In this document: one piece after another, positions 40,183 to 50,476 of the stretch
Numbering within the stretch: position 1 is the first letter of the stretch
Layout: each line of letters starts with the position of its first letter
Assembly: GCA_963707025.1 (NCBI GenBank)
Contig: CAVPOM010000006.1
Span: 672,001 to 736,000, forward strand
Length of the DNA stretch: 64,000 nucleotides
Direction: 5' to 3'
From: an uncultured Verrucomicrobiae bacterium
GTDB lineage: Bacteria > Verrucomicrobiota > Verrucomicrobiia > Limisphaerales > Palsa-1400
Notes under the pieces: model-generated
Told to the model about the DNA's origin: nothing
The model's input: the letters and a program-made list of their open reading frames with translations, nothing else
Database searches by the model: none
Made by a program: the position numbers and the translations under genes

Positions 40183-41097
40183 ATGAACCGATCCACGGCG
40201 GACAATGCGGGTGCAACGGAGAAACGGCGCGAAGGCGCGGGGGCGGGCGTTCGCAGCCTGGTTGTGGGATTGGCCTTTTTCGCGGCCGGGGTTGCTCTGA
40301 GTGCGTTGTGGTTTATGCGCGCGCCGGCGCGTGCTCCGTCCGCGCCCGAGGACGCCGGACAGCCCGCGTTGTCGGACGCCACCAGGGCGATTCTACAGCA
40401 CCTTGCTTCACCGGTTGAAATCCGGTTTTATTCATTGCTCGATCCTGCCAGCGCCGGCGACCGCGGGCGGGAATTTTCCGGGCGGGTGGACCAAATGCTG
40501 GCGCAATACGAGCAGGAGGCCGGCGGCAAAATCAAGGTCGCGCGTGTCAATTCGATTTCTACAGCCGCGGCCAATGCGGCGGAGGCTGATGGCATCAAGG
40601 CATTCAACAGGGACAAAGGCGAGGTCTGTTACCTCGGCCTCGCGGTGGTCCGCAACGGCCACAAGGAATCTGTTCCGTCGCTGGCCCCGGAGTGGGAGCC
40701 AGCCTTGGAATCGGACCTGAGCCGCGCCATCGCGGGCGTGGCCGAGGCCGATCCCCCGGCGCAACGCATGGCCAAGGCGGATGGGGCCGCGCTGGAAGCG
40801 GTGAGACGGACCATACCGAACCTTGATGCCGTGTCAGTGGAGGAGGGTTCGCGGCTGCTGCGGGTCGCGGCGGTCGCTCAATTTAAGAAGACCGGGCAGG
40901 AAATGCAGGCCCGGGTCAAACAGGCGGAAGAACATTTTCTCCAAGCGCAAAGCAGCCAGGCCGAGGCGGAACAGGAAGCCGCCGTGAAGGACCTTGAGCA
41001 AGCCAAAAAGGAACAGGCGGCGAAGCTGAAGGAAATCGCCTTGCAGTCCAAGGCGCAAGTGGAGGCGCTGCAACAGCTCAAGGGAGCGGCCCATTGA
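40183..41097 (+). CDS. Membrane-anchored GldG-like domain protein with C-terminal coiled coil
   Basis: TM helix, LSDATRAILQHLASPVEIRFY...LAQYE...KIKV...CYLGLAV...ESDLSRAI, E/K/Q-rich tail. Confidence 0.65.
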   Translation: MNRSTADNAGATEKRREGAGAGVRSLVVGLAFFAAGVALSALWFMRAPARAPSAPEDAGQPALSDATRAILQHLASPVEIRFYSLLDPASAGDRGREFSGRVDQMLAQYEQEAGGKIKVARVNSISTAAANAAEADGIKAFNRDKGEVCYLGLAVVRNGHKESVPSLAPEWEPALESDLSRAIAGVAEADPPAQRMAKADGAALEAVRRTIPNLDAVSVEEGSRLLRVAAVAQFKKTGQEMQARVKQAEEHFLQAQSSQAEAEQEAAVKDLEQAKKEQAAKLKEIALQSKAQVEALQQLKGAAH

Positions 41098-41158
41098 CGC
41101 GGCGATGAGAGGCCTTCCGCGCTTGACATTCCACCGATATTCAGGAATTGCAAAGAAT

Positions 41159-42733
41159 GTGAAGACGCTCTTGTTTGACGGCGTGGCCGGCCTGCTGGCG
41201 GCGGGGTGCCTGGCCGCGCACGCCCAGAGCGTGCCCCATCTGAGCATCACCCAGCCGGGAGGAATGCCCGGGTTGCCGGTGGTGACCGGAGTGGCGCGGG
41301 CGACCAACGGCCTGAGCGTCACCTGGGACGGCCCCTCCGGCTATTACCAACTGTTTGAAAGCGGCAGCTTGACCAACGCCAAGTGGCAGGCCGTGGGAAA
41401 AGACACCAATTTGAACCGACAAGCGACCGTCAGCATAATTTCATCCAACGAGTTCTTTCGCGTCTCGGGCCCGCCGCCCCAATACGCGGGATGGCAGGAA
41501 TGCGCGGGATGCCATTCGCCCATCTTCAACACGGTGGCGCATACCGCGCATCCGTCGGCCTTCACCAACGCGGAGTTTGTCACCGCCGGCGGCCAAAGCA
41601 ACGTCTCCTGTCTGCCCTGCCACACCGTCGGTGCCGGCTTGCCCACGGGATTCACCAGCCTGGCCAAAACTCCCAAACTGGCGGGCGTGCAATGCGAGAA
41701 TTGCCACGGGCCGGCCGGCTATCACGCCGCCAATCCCGAAGATCCAACCCTGGTGCCGCGCGTCGAAGTCGCGGCCACCGCCTGCGGCGGCTGCCATGCC
41801 CGGAGGTATGGGGAATGGGGAACCAGCCAACACGCGGTGGTGATCTCCAATCTGAACGCCAGCACACAGATTGACAACTGCGGACGTTGTCACTCCGGCA
41901 CGGCGCGCTTGAGCCTGATCCAGGGCCTGGCGCCGCTCGCAGGCGACACCGGCTTGGGAATCCAGTGCATCAACTGCCATGACCCGCATCAGACCAACGG
42001 CTACGCGGCGCAACTCCGCTATCCTTTGTCCTCGACCAACGACTATTTCATGCCCACCAACGGCGTGTTCACCAATTACTACAATGCCAGCATCAACGTG
42101 TGCGGCCAGTGCCACAATGATGCCGGGGCCTCGTGGACCAATTCCGCCGCCCCGCCGCATCTCTCGCCGCAATACAACCTGCTGTTGGGAACCGTGGGCG
42201 AACTGGACCCGCCGCTGGCGCATTTCCCGGCCTCCCATGCCACCAAGCTGACCAACCAATGCGTGGCCTGCCACATGCAAACGACGCCTTTCGTCAGCCA
42301 GGCGGCGCCTGGCGACGGCGGCCACAAGTTCACGGTGGACAGTTATGTGGTGTGCGCCGGTTGTCATGGGACCCTCGCCACAGTGCCGCAATTTATGCAG
42401 CAGGTGCAACAATTTCGGAAGGGCAATGCACTTTATCTTCAAGAGTTGACGCTGGATTTGGCTTACTGGGCGACCAACAGCGCCCCCGCGGCGCTGCGGA
42501 GCAAATACGGAACCAATGCGTGGGAATACACCGCGCCCGGCGGGTTGTCACCCGGCGCCCTTGCCGGACCAAACGCGGCCGAGCAGGCGTCAATACCCGC
42601 CAACATTCAAAGGGCGCGGTTTAATATTTACATTGTGTTCAGCGACCAAAGCCTGGGTGTCCACAACCCCGATTATGTGCTGAATCTCCTCGATCAGGCG
42701 GAAATGTGGATCGCCGACGAGCTGGCCCCGTAG
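41159..42733 (+). CDS. Secreted nonaheme c-type cytochrome, paralog of 37711 (GTG start inferred; alternative ATG 41105)
   Basis: Signal peptide (AHA); CAGCH, CLPCH, CENCH, CGGCH, CGRCH, CINCH, CGQCH, CVACH, CAGCH; DQSLGVHN. Confidence 0.9.
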   Translation: MKTLLFDGVAGLLAAGCLAAHAQSVPHLSITQPGGMPGLPVVTGVARATNGLSVTWDGPSGYYQLFESGSLTNAKWQAVGKDTNLNRQATVSIISSNEFFRVSGPPPQYAGWQECAGCHSPIFNTVAHTAHPSAFTNAEFVTAGGQSNVSCLPCHTVGAGLPTGFTSLAKTPKLAGVQCENCHGPAGYHAANPEDPTLVPRVEVAATACGGCHARRYGEWGTSQHAVVISNLNASTQIDNCGRCHSGTARLSLIQGLAPLAGDTGLGIQCINCHDPHQTNGYAAQLRYPLSSTNDYFMPTNGVFTNYYNASINVCGQCHNDAGASWTNSAAPPHLSPQYNLLLGTVGELDPPLAHFPASHATKLTNQCVACHMQTTPFVSQAAPGDGGHKFTVDSYVVCAGCHGTLATVPQFMQQVQQFRKGNALYLQELTLDLAYWATNSAPAALRSKYGTNAWEYTAPGGLSPGALAGPNAAEQASIPANIQRARFNIYIVFSDQSLGVHNPDYVLNLLDQAEMWIADELAP

Positions 42734-42745
42734 CACATCGAGTTT

Positions 42746-43606
42746 ATGATAAAACGCAACCTCAGCATCCTCGCCCGGCAGGCCGAACGGCACGCCCGGG
42801 CATTGGCGCTGATGGCCGCCGCGCTGGTCCTGGCGCTGGCGGCGATCTCATGCGGCACGGTCAGCCGTTCGGTGGTGTTGCTGCCCAATGTTCCCGGCGC
42901 GAAGTACATCGGCTCCAAGGAATGCGAACAGTGTCACGACGAGCTTTACAAGGATTTTGCCACCGCGGACCACGCCCGGTTGATGGCGCCCGGAACCAAC
43001 GCCCTTAATGCCGGCTGCGAATCATGTCACGGGCCCTGCAGTGTTCACGCCGAATCCGGCGGCGAGACCCTGCCTCCCTACACCTTTAAACCAGGACGCC
43101 CGGCAACGGGCAGCTTCGGGGCGCGCCTGGCCGAAGCGCCCGCGCGCTCCACCGGGACGATGTGTTTTCAATGCCACGCCGACGTGCGCGGCGCGTTCTC
43201 CCTGCCCAGCCATCATCAGGTGCCGGAAGGCAAGCTTTCCTGCACCGACTGCCATTCGCCGCACAAGGGTTCCATTCATCTTGGCGGGGGAACTTCGATC
43301 CTGTCCGAAAATGAAACGTGCCTGCGGTGCCACGCCGCGCAGCGCGGGCCTTATGTCTTCGAGCACGAGGCCATCCGGGAAGGCTGCACCATCTGCCACG
43401 TCCCCCACGGCTCGGTCAATGCAAAATTATTGACAGTCCGCGACGCCAACCTCTGTTTGAAGTGCCACTTTCAACAGCAGACCGCGGGCGGGATAATGAT
43501 CGGCGGTTCCGATCACACCACCCGCGTCCAGCAAGGCACCTGCTGGACGGCGGGATGCCACGAGGCGGTGCATGGTTCGCGCGTCAGCCCTGCCCTGCGA
43601 TTCTGA
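42746..43606 (+). CDS. MtrA/DmsE-like multiheme cytochrome (8 motifs), probable lipoprotein
   Basis: LALAAISC lipobox-like segment; seven CxxCH plus CWTAGCH; FSLPSHH, GPYVFEH, PHGS, HGS patterns typical of MtrA/DmsE. Confidence 0.85.
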   Translation: MIKRNLSILARQAERHARALALMAAALVLALAAISCGTVSRSVVLLPNVPGAKYIGSKECEQCHDELYKDFATADHARLMAPGTNALNAGCESCHGPCSVHAESGGETLPPYTFKPGRPATGSFGARLAEAPARSTGTMCFQCHADVRGAFSLPSHHQVPEGKLSCTDCHSPHKGSIHLGGGTSILSENETCLRCHAAQRGPYVFEHEAIREGCTICHVPHGSVNAKLLTVRDANLCLKCHFQQQTAGGIMIGGSDHTTRVQQGTCWTAGCHEAVHGSRVSPALRF

Positions 43607-43618
43607 CCCAGGAAACCC

Positions 43619-45743
43619 ATGCCCATCAAATCACCGCGCGCATTCCGCAAGGCGCCCCTCCGCTGGTGCCGGGCATGGCTGCTGGGCCTTTGCGCCGCGG
43701 GCGGCGGTCTTTGCGCGGCCGACACCAATGCCCCGCCGGCCATGACCCCGGAGCAGATGTTCGAGGGCGGCACCAACGCCTACAGCAACTGGATTGATTT
43801 CACGGCGGGTCAGGCCTTTGTCAGCGGCAACAGCGCGCAATTTCAGCAGCAGCATCAAATCCCCGCTGGAACGTTTGGCGGCATCGGCGATTTCCATTTC
43901 CAAACCGGCATCGCCACCAACACCACGATGACCCTGGACGGCCATGCCATCGCGGAGAACCACGACTACCAGCTCACTCTCGGCGTCCAGCGCGAGAAGG
44001 TCGGCTTCTTGCGCCTGTCCTACGAGCAATCGCGCACCTGGTCCGACGGGGACGGCGGGTTTTTCCCGGGATCAGGACAATACTACCCGGCGGCGGACAA
44101 TCCGCTCGGGCTGGATCGCGGCAAGTTGTCCCTGGAAGGCGGATGGACGCCGGAAACGGGGCCGAAAGGTGACCTTTAAATACACGCACTCGTTCCGCGA
44201 CGGCGCCGAAGGCTCCACCGAGTGGGGCTACGCCCATGAGCCGGGCATCCCTTATGCGCAGGGACTCAGCCCGACCTTGGAGCAGAACCACGAGCACAGC
44301 GACAGCTTTCAAGTGGACGTGGCCAATCACATCAAGGCCACGGATGTCGGCCTGGGCCTCCGTTATGAGACCGGACATCTGGATGATGCGATCAAAATAA
44401 CCGAGTACCCGGGCGAGCCGGTCCAGCAGAAGATCACCGACCGCCAGGGCACGAGCTACGACCTGTTCAGTGTCCACAGCTTCACCGAGACATGGGTCAG
44501 GACCAATGTCATGTTCTCCACCGGGTTCTCCTATTCCGGCGTGGGCAACGACTTTTCCGCCAGCCGGATATACGGCAATGACTTCAACGTCGGTTACGTC
44601 CCCAATGCCAACAGCGATTTCGGCTACTACGGACTGACCGGCACATCGCGTTTGCACGATTATGTATTTGACCTGAACCTGTTCTACAAACCGTCGCCCC
44701 ATTTCACGCTCGTCCCTTCTCTGCGGGTGGATCGGGAAGATTGGAACGCGAGCAGCAGCGGTCTTGAAACCTTTGAGTTGAACACGCCCGTGCCCTTCAC
44801 CACCGACAGCTCCCGCGGCCTGATTGATCTGCGCGAGCGGCTGGACCTGAATTACAACGGCCTGACCAATTGGGCCTTCTATGGACGCGGCGATTTCACC
44901 GAGGGCGACGGGAACTTGAACCAGAACGGCGGGTTGATCCCGGTGGCCGGCTACGGAATTCCAGGCGTGGAGGAGCAGACCGATGACCGCCGCTTCTTCC
45001 AAAAATACAGCGCGGGCGCCCGCTGGTATCCCTCGCGCGGCGTCACGCTGGACGTCGGCGGTTATTACAAAATCAACCACTACCACTATGGCATCGGCCT
45101 GGACAGCACAACCAACAGCCCCGGCAGCCCGAACGAATATCCCAATTTTCTGGCCATGCAGGATTTCGAGACCTATGACGCCAATTGCCGGCTGACCTTG
45201 AGGCCGTGGCAGAACGTGACCGCCATCAGCCGCTACGAGTTCCAACTATCCACCATTCACACCGAGCCGGACCCGGCCTCGGGCCTCTCCGAGGTCGAAG
45301 CATCGCGCATGACCAGCCATATCATCGCCCAGGATGTCAGTTGGATCCCGTGGAGCCGCCTCTCCCTCCAAGCCGGCTTGAACTACGTTTTGAGCGACAC
45401 CCACACGCCGGCCTCCGACCTCACCCAGGCCATCCTCACCGCGCAAAACAACTATTGGACGGTCAACTTTTCCTCGGGCCTGGTGCTGGATGACAAGACC
45501 GACCTCAACCTCAGCTACCTCTACTACCTTTCCGGCGATTACAGCAACAATTCCCCGCTGGGGGTGCCCTACGGCGCCGGCAGCGAGGAGCACGCCCTGA
45601 CGGCGACCTTGACCCGGCGCCTCAGCCAAAGCCTTCGTCTGGCCCTCAGGTATGGCTATTTCCGCTACAACGACGCGGCCTTTGGCGCAAACCGGGATTT
45701 CGGGGCGAACCTCATTTCCGCGAGCCTGCGCTACCGGTTTTGA
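43619..45743 (+). CDS. MtrB/PioB-like outer-membrane beta-barrel, split by a +1 frameshift near 44165
   Basis: Signal peptide, alternating aromatic beta-strands, terminal LRYRF beta-signal; ORFs 43619..44179 and 43944..45743 join as ETGPK/VTFKY on removing one base (707 aa). Confidence 0.8.
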
Positions 45744-45759
45744 ACGGCTTCTCTAAAAA

Positions 45760-45775
45760 TGTCATGCGAGGCGCA
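45760..45775. promoter_or_regulatory. Shared operator copy TGTC-N8-CGCA
   Basis: aaaaaTGTCatgcgaggCGCAaaaaa upstream of the cytochrome c at 45906. Confidence 0.55.
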
Positions 45776-45905
45776 AAAAATGGCCAGCAAAACACAATTC
45801 ACGTTGAGCAAAGAATGGCCGGCAAAGCCATCTTGAACACGATGAAACACAAATAGGCCCGCCCAACGCGGGCCTGACCGAAAACAAAACGACAAAATAA
45901 ATGCC

Positions 45906-46235
45906 ATGAAAATGAAAAAAATGCTCCTTACTTCCCTGGCCCTCGCGGCCACCACGGCGGCCGTGTCGGCTGCCGACGCTGCGGCGACTTGGGACAAGCA
46001 ATGCAAGGCCTGCCACGGCGTTGACGGAAAGGGCCAGACGGCGATGGGCAAGAAACTGGGTTTGAAGGATTTCACTGATGCCAAGTTCCAGGCCACTTTC
46101 ACCGATGTCCAGGCCACCAAGGCCATCAAGGAAGGCGTCAAGGACGGCGACAAGACCAAGATGAAAGCCGCCGAAGACGTGACCGACGCCGACATCAAGG
46201 CGCTCGTCGCCATGGTTCGCGCATTCAAGAAATAG
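45906..46235 (+). CDS. Periplasmic monoheme class I cytochrome c
   Basis: Signal peptide, CKACH, distal Met (KMK), Lys-rich. Confidence 0.92.
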   Translation: MKMKKMLLTSLALAATTAAVSAADAAATWDKQCKACHGVDGKGQTAMGKKLGLKDFTDAKFQATFTDVQATKAIKEGVKDGDKTKMKAAEDVTDADIKALVAMVRAFKK

Positions 46236-46384
46236 CCAGAACTGCGTCCGGACGGATACTGGCGGGTGTCCTGCCAGCTCCGTCCCCGTGGTCCTCCCCG
46301 GGGCCGGCGGGAAGCCAGGCCGGACTTTCACGGCCGTCGCCTCCCATGGAAGCCTCCGGCCCGGGTTGCACCACAAACCGCCTG

Positions 46385-47768
46385 ATGACAGCCAACGCGA
46401 AATCCGGAATCACCGTCGCAGTGATGTGTGCCGCCTTCTCCGCGCTGGCGCTGGCCTTTTTGTCGGATTCGGGCGGAACGCACCTCAACCGCCCCGCCAT
46501 TGCCCTGGTGGACACCAATTTCCTGGACACCTCAACCACCCGGCGGTCCTACGCGGACTTGGTTCGGGCGGGAGCGGACCTGTCGGATTTTGACTGCTAT
46601 GTTTGTCACGATAAGAAGGCCCCCCCGCCATTGCGCCTGGACGCCCACCAGAACATCATCGTCGCCACGGAGCATGTCGGTCCCACGACGTTTGCAGCGG
46701 ATGACCTGGGCACCAACGATTTGGCCGGGATCATCAAGCGATTAAGGGGGCACTCCGATCCAGTATCCGCTTTGCTGTGGCAGGGTTTGTCAAACTCGGA
46801 GCAATTACTGCTGGTGAATTACCAGCCTGCGGAACCCAGTTCCAAGCCGGCTCAAGATTTGGTGGTGGCAGCTCTTAACAAGATCATTGCAGGACCGTGT
46901 CTTTACGAGCGCGAACGATTCAAAGGGATCTTGTTGGGAGCGGAAACGATCGTCCATCTGGCGCAAAGCCGGACAGGCCCCAACCTGGCCCATCTCAACC
47001 GCCTGCTTCTGGAAGACGCCTTTCCACTGGAATTGTCCAGGAACCGGCATGCCGACATTGTGATGGGGCACGGAGAGCACGGCCGCAACAACAATTGCTT
47101 TAACTGCCACAACGAAACCAATCTCCTCCTGCTCCAGCCCAGGGACGGGCGGGAGTTGACCTTCGCCCAAAGCACCCAATTGTGCGGCAGTTGTCACGGG
47201 CCGACCAAGGCCGACTGGGACGCGGGCGCGCATGGCCGCACCAGCGGGGATTGGGATCGTCACTCCGGGCGCCAAGGGGTACGCTGCCTTTTCAGTTGAT
47301 GAAATCAAGGATTGGCCGGGTTTCGCAAAGAAGTTGAAGGACCATTCCGATGCGGTCTCCGCTTTTCTCTGGCAGAGATTGTCCAACCAGGACCAGGAAC
47401 TGCTGAAGAGCGACCGGCCGTCAGGGCCAGGCTCCAATCCAGCTCAAGTTGCCGTGGTTCAAGTCCTGAACAAGATCATCGGAGAACCGAGTATTGACCA
47501 GGACAAGCGGTTCCAAGGCATTTTGTTGCGTCCCGAAACAACCGACCTGAGGAAAGGATCTCCGGCTGGACCCGGCTTGAGCCGCCTCAACCGGTTGCTT
47601 CTCGAAGACGCGTATCCGCTGGAATTGTCCAGGGACATGGAACGCAAGGACTGCGTGAACTGCCACAACCCTCATTACCCCCACTTTCCTTCGCGAAAGC
47701 CCGCCCCCGGCCCGCACCCATTGAGGGAGATTGACACGGCCGCCGTGGCGCAGACCGGCCAGGAATGA
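46385..47768 (+). CDS. Tetraheme cytochrome c carrying two inserted copies of a ~120-aa domain; +1 frameshift near 47268
   Basis: N-terminal signal/TM; CYVCH, CFNCH, CGSCH, CVNCH; ORFs 46346..47299 and 47232..47768 join at WDRHSG/AKGY. Confidence 0.78.
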
Positions 47769-47769
47769 T

Positions 47770-48729
47770 ATGGACAAACCACCCTCATCTCCAGCCAGGA
47801 ATCCGGGGCCCCCGGCCAACGTGATGGGGCGGCGCAGCTTCCTGCGCACCTCCGCCGTGCTGACGACGGGGTTGGCCGCGCTGGCCGCCAGCCTGAAGCC
47901 GCTGCTGGAGATGAACGATTTTCCCACCATGGAGCGGTTCCTGCAAAAGTATTACAAGGAGATGACGCCGCAGGACATGGCCAAAGTTTTGAAGCGGATC
48001 GAGGACGAAGTGGAAGAGCAGTATCACTTGCGCCCCCATGTGCGGGATTTGAAGCCCATGGACGGGGTTGATTTCGTCTATTGCCTGAACTTGACCCGGT
48101 GCATCGGCTGCCGCAAATGCGTCCACGCCTGCGTGGCGGAGAACAACCAGTCGCGCGATCCCGAAATCCAATACATCCGCGTTCTGCGGCTGCCGGACGG
48201 CTCGCTGGATATTGACAAAGCCGACCACTTCTACGCGCCGGATTCGGTGCCGGAGAAGGGCTACTTTTACATGCCGGTGCAGTGCCAGCAATGCAGGAAT
48301 CCGCCCTGCGTCAAAGTTTGCCCGGTGCATGCGACGTGGCAGGAAGCCGACGGCATCACCGTGATAGATTACGACTGGTGCATTGGCTGTCGCTATTGCG
48401 AAGCGGCCTGCCCGTATTGGGCGCGGCGCTTTAACTTCACCAAGCCGTCCACCCTGCCCAAGGAACGCCTCAACCTCGATATGTCTTATCTGGGCAACCG
48501 CCCGCGGCGCCAGGGGGTCATGGAGAAATGCCACTTCTGCATCCAGCGCACGCGCGTCGGCCGCTATCCGGCCTGCGTGGAGGTCTGCCCCGCCGGCGCC
48601 CGCAAGTTCGGCAACATTCTCGACCCGGCCAGCGAGGTCTCCTACATCCTGAGAAGCAAACGTGTTTTTATTCAGCTCAAGGAGGAAATGGGCACCGCGC
48701 CGCGCTTCTTTTACTACTTCGACGTATGA
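47770..48729 (+). CDS. NrfC/DsrO-like 4Fe-4S protein with twin-arginine motif
   Basis: GRRSFL, CIGCRKCVHAC, CQQCRNPPCVKVCP, CIGCRYCEAACP, KCHFC...PACVEVCP. Confidence 0.92.
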   Translation: MDKPPSSPARNPGPPANVMGRRSFLRTSAVLTTGLAALAASLKPLLEMNDFPTMERFLQKYYKEMTPQDMAKVLKRIEDEVEEQYHLRPHVRDLKPMDGVDFVYCLNLTRCIGCRKCVHACVAENNQSRDPEIQYIRVLRLPDGSLDIDKADHFYAPDSVPEKGYFYMPVQCQQCRNPPCVKVCPVHATWQEADGITVIDYDWCIGCRYCEAACPYWARRFNFTKPSTLPKERLNLDMSYLGNRPRRQGVMEKCHFCIQRTRVGRYPACVEVCPAGARKFGNILDPASEVSYILRSKRVFIQLKEEMGTAPRFFYYFDV

Positions 48730-50465
48730 GGCGCGCCACTCGGAACTATTTTGTTTTTCTGCGGCGTTGCGCGGGCCTGGCCTTGGAGGGCGACTGGCGT
48801 TACTACGCGTGGATGGGCCTGCTCATCGTGTTCTGCCTGCTCGGCCTCAACGCTTATTGCCGGCAGTTTGCGCATGGCCTGATCGTCACCGGGATGAGCG
48901 ACGAAGTTTCCTGGGGCGTTTACATTGCCAACTTCACTTTCCTGGTCGGGGTGGCGGCGGCGGCCGTCATGATGGTCATCCCCGTTTATATCTATAAGAA
49001 CGAGGACCTGCATGACTTGGTCATCTTCGGAGAACTGCTCGCCGTGGCGGCGATCCTGATGTGCCTGGCCTTTGTCACCGTTGACCTGGGGCGGCCGGAT
49101 CGCTTCTGGCATCTGATCCCTGGAATCGGGCAATTCAACTTTCCCAAATCCATGCTCAGTTGGGACGTCCTGGTGCTCAACGGCTATCTCTTGCTCAACG
49201 TCCACATTTGCGGCTATCTGCTCTACTGTCGCTATCGCAAGGTTAAACCGGCCAAATGGTTTTACATTCCGTTTGTGTTCATCGCCATCGTCTGGGCTGT
49301 CTCCATCCACACCGTCACCGCCTTTCTCTATGTGGGTCTGGGCGGGCGGCCATTTTGGAATTCTTCCATCGTTGGACCCCGTTTCCTGGCCTCCGCCTTT
49401 ACCGCGGGTCCGGCTCTGATCATCCTGGCCATGCAGGTCGTGCGCCGCGTCACCTCTTCCTCTTACATGGCCGCCAGCCCGCCCGGCGAGGGCAGCGGTC
49501 CCATGCCGCAACCCAAACGCCGCGCCGCCACCATCGCCGACTTCGCTCTGCTGTGCCGCCATCTTCCCGAAATGGCCTCGGTGCCGGGCGAGGCCGGCCA
49601 GCGGGCTTTGGCGACGGCGGAAGTCCTGGAGGCCCAGCCTGGCGATGCGGTTTTGCGCCAGGGAGAAACGGAGGCTCGGGCCTTCTTTATCCTGCGCGGC
49701 ACGGTGGTGGTGATACGTCAGGAAGCCGGGCGTTTTCGGGTCACGCGCACGGCAGGACCGGGGGAACAGGTGGGAGAGGTTTCGGCTCTCCATGCCACCC
49801 CGCGCATGGCCAGCGCCATCGCCGAAGAACCCAGCCTGGTCTTGAGCTTCACCGCCGATGCCTTGCGCCTGCTCATGGAATCCACCCAGGTCAACAAGAT
49901 CGTCCGGTCCAGAATGTCCGAGCGGCTCCTCATCACCGATCGCGCCCTCATGACCCTGCGCAGCATCGTGCAGGTTTCCATGCTCATCAACGTCTTCTTG
50001 CTCGTCAACGAAGTCTTCAAGGAATTCTATTCGGGCAACCTGCATGACGAGTCCTCCAAATACCTCTTTGTCGGCCTGGACGGCCATCACGCCCTGGTGC
50101 CCTGGATTTGGACCGCCATCGCCTTCAACCTGACGGCCATGGTCCTGCTGGTCCTGCCGGTCAGCCGCAGCCTCAAATGGCTCAACCTGACCTGCGTCCT
50201 TTGTATTGTGGGCATCTGGATCGAAAAAGGCATGGGCTTGGTCATCCCCGGCTTCATCCCGACGCCCCTGGGCGAAATGATGGAATACCGGCCTTCCCTC
50301 AACGAGACCCTGGTTTGCTTTGGCATCTGGGCCTTCGGACTGCTCTGCTACACGGTTTTCCTCCGCATGTCCGTGCCCATTCTCCAGGGACGATTGTCCA
50401 GGGAGAACGAAGGCGCGCCGAGCCGGTCCATTCGGGCCGCCGTCCCCGCCTCCCCTCAGGGCTGA
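48726..50465 (+). CDS. NrfD/DsrP-like quinol-interacting membrane protein with inserted cNMP-binding domain
   Basis: TGMSDEVSWGVYIANFTF, DLGRPDRFWH, SMLSWD, SIHTVTAFL, WIEKG; internal GDAVLRQGE...FFILRG...GEQVGEVSAL...RMASA. Confidence 0.9.
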   Translation: MRRATRNYFVFLRRCAGLALEGDWRYYAWMGLLIVFCLLGLNAYCRQFAHGLIVTGMSDEVSWGVYIANFTFLVGVAAAAVMMVIPVYIYKNEDLHDLVIFGELLAVAAILMCLAFVTVDLGRPDRFWHLIPGIGQFNFPKSMLSWDVLVLNGYLLLNVHICGYLLYCRYRKVKPAKWFYIPFVFIAIVWAVSIHTVTAFLYVGLGGRPFWNSSIVGPRFLASAFTAGPALIILAMQVVRRVTSSSYMAASPPGEGSGPMPQPKRRAATIADFALLCRHLPEMASVPGEAGQRALATAEVLEAQPGDAVLRQGETEARAFFILRGTVVVIRQEAGRFRVTRTAGPGEQVGEVSALHATPRMASAIAEEPSLVLSFTADALRLLMESTQVNKIVRSRMSERLLITDRALMTLRSIVQVSMLINVFLLVNEVFKEFYSGNLHDESSKYLFVGLDGHHALVPWIWTAIAFNLTAMVLLVLPVSRSLKWLNLTCVLCIVGIWIEKGMGLVIPGFIPTPLGEMMEYRPSLNETLVCFGIWAFGLLCYTVFLRMSVPILQGRLSRENEGAPSRSIRAAVPASPQG

Positions 50466-50476
50466 CCACCGCTCCG

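Noticed and set aside
37711..42733. NrfA or octaheme nitrite reductase call for the nonaheme proteins
   Set aside because: No CxxCK motif is present; only a C-terminal helical-region resemblance (SLGVHN)
46676..47636. Inteins as explanation for the inserted domains
   Set aside because: No N-terminal Cys/Ser, no His-Asn followed by Cys/Ser/Thr, and the segments look alpha-helical
46385..50465. dsrJOP / sulfate-reduction assignment
   Set aside because: No dsrM, dsrK or dsrAB in the window; only family-level NrfC/NrfD similarity is supportable
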